Origin: Candidatus Latescibacterota bacterium
Lineage (GTDB): Bacteria; Latescibacterota; UBA2968
Assembly: GCA_965208125.1 (NCBI GenBank)
Contig: OZ242320.1
Span: forward strand, 5,152,001 to 5,216,000
Length of the DNA stretch: 64,000 bases
Direction of reading: 5' to 3'
Under the pieces are notes generated by a model. It ran no database searches, had not been told where the DNA came from, and worked only from the letters and a program-made list of their open reading frames with translations. Positions 61,001 through 64,000 of this stretch are shown here, one piece after another. Both the position numbers and the translations under genes were made by a program. Numbering within the stretch: the stretch's first letter is position 1; each line of letters starts with the position of its first letter.

Positions 61001-62444
61001 AACGCAATAGACGAGGACGAGCCCACTCCCTCAAAAGTGGCGATATTGAGCCTTGTCAAAACATCCCACAGCCTGATTCCATCTCCCCCCCTGAGGCGAG
61101 CGTTGTTCCGCCGGGAGAAAACGCAACAGACGAAACCCAAGACTTATGCCCTTCAAAGGTGGCAATATTTTCTTTTGTCGCCACATCCCATAGCTTGACT
61201 GTGCCGTCCCCTGCTCCTGAAGCGAGCATTGTACCATCAGGCGAATATGCAACAGATTCGACCGTCGGGATAAGTCCTGTGGGACTATAAGGACTATGCT
61301 CAAGGGTGACGATATGGTGTGGTGACATTTCCCACAGACTAAAACCCTCTGTACGAACATTCCCTTCAGTATCGACTGCCTGAATAGAAATCGGATGCAC
61401 GTCGAGATTCCAAAGTCTCGTAAAGCCATCAGATGGAATAATACCATCATAATCAAATTCAATAATGGTATCTCTATCACCTGATAATCCACGACATGCC
61501 TTGACTTCAAGACTTCCAGCGGTAAAGTGGGGTTCCCTTGTGCTAACGAATAGAATTACCTGATGAAGGTCATCTGTATCGCTGACTTTGAGTTGAATAG
61601 AGACACTCCTTGAGCCTGCTGGATATCCAAGTGGTGAGGTGATTTCGATTGTGGGCGGCGGTGCTTCTTGCGCTTCAACACTGGGATTGAAGTAAGGATG
61701 TACGGCTAAAAATTCGGCACTACACACAGATAACCGATCCCATCCTGGGCCATACGACATGATGTAATTGCCATCCCTGAAATCGTGCTGCAACCCAAAG
61801 GCATGTCCAAGTTCATGTGCCGCTGTGTGAAAGCTAAAGCCTCCATGAACCAAGGCAAATCCGCCATTTTTTCCTATATCGCCTCCTATCCCTCCCACAC
61901 GCTGACCACGACTACCAATTGCATTTATACTATTGTCAACGACGATGAGGTAAATGTTCGCATCACGATCAAACGCCTGTTCAATCTCATCAAGCACGGT
62001 AAGTGTATTGTCAAGATAGTGGCTATCTGGGTACTGACCATCCACGCGATGAATCATTGGATCGCCCTGTGTATCGATTTCAAAGTGGAAGGTTTTTGTT
62101 CCCTTGTCATGTGCCTGCATCTGCTCGGCATAAAAGGTCTGAATCTGGCGAATTGCTACTTTCATCGAATCAACCACTTCTTGACGAAAGGGACGGTCAT
62201 TCGGTAAGAAATAGATCATCCGCACCGTGCGGGGTTCGCCAACGTTCAAATTGAGTGCGTGCTTTGTAGCGGCATAGATGCTATCGCGTGTCTGTATATC
62301 TTCGAGATTGAGAGGTAGGCAGAAATGCACATCATTGGCGGGCAGGGACGAAGCATGACCGATAGATGAGAGGCAGAGAAATGCGAATAAGTACGCGATC
62401 AATCTGAAAGCAACGACGGAAAAAGAAAAAACAGGTCTTTTCAT
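58057..62444 (-). pseudogene. Disrupted secreted protein: metzincin protease + WD40 propellers + Big_1 Ig domain + dockerin/EF-hand
   Basis: Signal peptide, HELGHAFGLQH with IMSY Met-turn, many 'GH..VAFSPDG..LASG..VKLWD' repeats, 'KISGDNQQG', 'DFNGDGAVGFADF'; frameshift in G7 (61085-61091) and in-frame TAA (59671-59673) split it into three ORFs. Confidence 0.8.
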
Positions 62445-62541
62445 AGGTTATACTCCTAACCACACATGAACATAAATCAGGCGGACCTCAGATAGAGATG
62501 CTCTGCTCATCGTGAATGAGGCAGCCCACTTCCAGATAGCA

Positions 62542-63488
62542 TTAGTCGTTCTTGTTTCTCATGTGAGCACACCAACTACAGCAGGGTTCGCTATCCAGTT
62601 CTTCTGGTGGTATGTTCTCGCCGCATCTGATGCATATATGCGTTGCTTCATGATCGCAGTTGGCACATTTTTCCTCAGAGATTATATATGTTTCTCTTGA
62701 ACACTCTGGACATGAGACATAGGGAAGCTCATTTCCATCTGTTAATGACAGATACATATCCCAACTCAGTTCTTCCTCTATCGCTCTGGGAATCAGCTTT
62801 TCGGCGTTTTCCTCGTTCCCACAGGCACGACATTTCAATGAGACTTCGTCTCGCGGAGAATCCATCGGTGTTGCGATCAATAGGTCAGCCCCACACTCTA
62901 GTACAGGTTCTTCACGGCCTCAGAGAGGACCGGTGAGTTCCAATCTATCAATTCTATCGCCTTCTCACAATCTTTACGCTCGGCTTGATAAACCTCGGCA
63001 ATTTGAAGCATTTCGTCCCAAGTTGTCTCACCAAGGAGACTTCTTGGATCTTCGCGCAATTCTCTATCAATGAAGTCTCTGAGTAGCACAAAGGCATTTG
63101 CGATTACACCATTAAGTGTCGTAGCATTAATGGTCGGGTAGTAATGCTCGACATCATTGCGGACCGAACTGATTTTCTTCAACTTCTGCCAGTCAGTCGT
63201 GATTCCCAAGTCCGAGAAACGCTCTCGGATTTGATGAACATTTACAGTCTTCCGTCCAGTACCTACAGCGACAACCTTCCCCGAAGAATCCCTCTGGAAT
63301 TTTGTCTGTGCCTTGATCAGAACCTCCTTTGATTCTGGAGGAGATTTGCGTCTCAGGGCTTCCTTATACAAAAGCAACAGTCCGGCATAAACATTTCTGA
63401 CAGAGGCAAGTAGCCTGGGGCGGCTTCCATCTTTATAGTCCTCAACCCCAACCTGGATTGCCTCAATGGCGTTTGTCAGCAAGTTCAT
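62542..63488 (-). pseudogene. Frameshifted HEPN-like domain + multi-zinc-ribbon protein
   Basis: RNDVEH (R-x4-H) at 63161-63144; frame break near 62899 inside a CxxC; five more CxxC pairs in the downstream ORF. Confidence 0.6.
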
Positions 63489-63632
63489 AGCGACCTCCAT
63501 ATAACTCGTCATTTAACATTGCGAAGGTTATAGACAATACAGATATACTTCATAAGTTTGTCAGTGGCTTTCTATTCGTCTATCCGTACTTCGGGCAAGA
63601 TGCGTGCTATACACTTCTTCAAATTTTTGCTT

Positions 63633-63654
63633 TGACAATATAACATATTTGTCA
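63633..63654. promoter_or_regulatory. Palindromic operator overlapping a TTGACA -35 box
   Basis: TGACAA-tataacatat-TTGTCA upstream of the XRE gene. Confidence 0.5.
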
Positions 63655-63703
63655 TACCTACAATATGAAATCCAAGATAAAATATTACAACAATTAGGGA
63701 AAA

Positions 63704-63997
63704 ATGATGACACACGCAGAATTAAAAATGAAGGCTCTCGCAGACCCCGAAACCAGGGCCGAGTATGAAGCTCAAAAACCTGAGTTTGAATTGCTCGACA
63801 AGCTGTTAGAAGCCCGAAAACGTGCTGGGCTGACCCAGGAGCAGGTCGCCGAGAAAATGGGCACCAAAGCAACGGCAATCACCCGCTTAGAGTCTGCGAA
63901 TAGCAATCACTCGCCATCTGTTCACACGCTGCAGAAATTCGCCGACGCTGTCGGATGTCAGCTCAAAATCGAACTGATTCCCCGCAGTACGCGATAA
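63704..63997 (+). CDS. XRE/HigA-like HTH antitoxin or regulator
   Basis: 'ARKRAGLTQEQVAEKMGTKATAITRLES..SPSVHTL'. Confidence 0.88.
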   Translation: MMTHAELKMKALADPETRAEYEAQKPEFELLDKLLEARKRAGLTQEQVAEKMGTKATAITRLESANSNHSPSVHTLQKFADAVGCQLKIELIPRSTR

Positions 63998-64000
63998 ACG

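Noticed and set aside
56290-61260. CRISPR array
   Set aside because: The repeats are either short degenerate AGGAT units or coding WD40 repeats; no constant repeat-spacer pattern and no cas genes
63561-63878. 105-aa minus-strand ORF as the missing toxin
   Set aside because: Antisense to the XRE gene and lacks toxin motifs

Overview
Bacterial chromosomal window with three parts. (1) 1-21.1 kb, accessory and metabolic genes: GPH sugar symporter, DUF6785-type membrane transporter, PL26/YetA-like lyase, heme o synthase plus an ABC-2 exporter, a PKD lipoprotein, a family-B DNA polymerase divergent from a BlaI/BlaR1-TlpA pair, vapBC, galK, a GalE-GalT fusion and greA. (2) 21.2-50.6 kb, an uninterrupted minus-strand core cluster: tRNA-Tyr/Gly/Thr/Trp, secE-nusG-rplKAJL-rpoBC, str, S10, spc and alpha operons. 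(3) 50.7-64 kb: a TIM-barrel isomerase, DUF4013 protein, cystathionine gamma-synthase and threonine synthase, then a decaying accessory/defence-like island with TA modules, a helicase relic, a PD-(D/E)xK-like protein, a broken metzincin-WD40-dockerin gene and a broken HEPN-zinc-ribbon gene. The gene repertoire suggests an FCB-related candidate-phylum organism (Latescibacterota-like, possibly a sponge symbiont); this is inference only. Most notable: a SAM-II riboswitch wired to two tandem terminators in front of a plant-type CGS next to a plant-type threonine synthase, natural substitutions at RpoB rifamycin-contact residues, the GalE-GalT fusion, and a duplicated operator shared between blaI and polB. 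All family assignments come from motif recognition; no database search was run.
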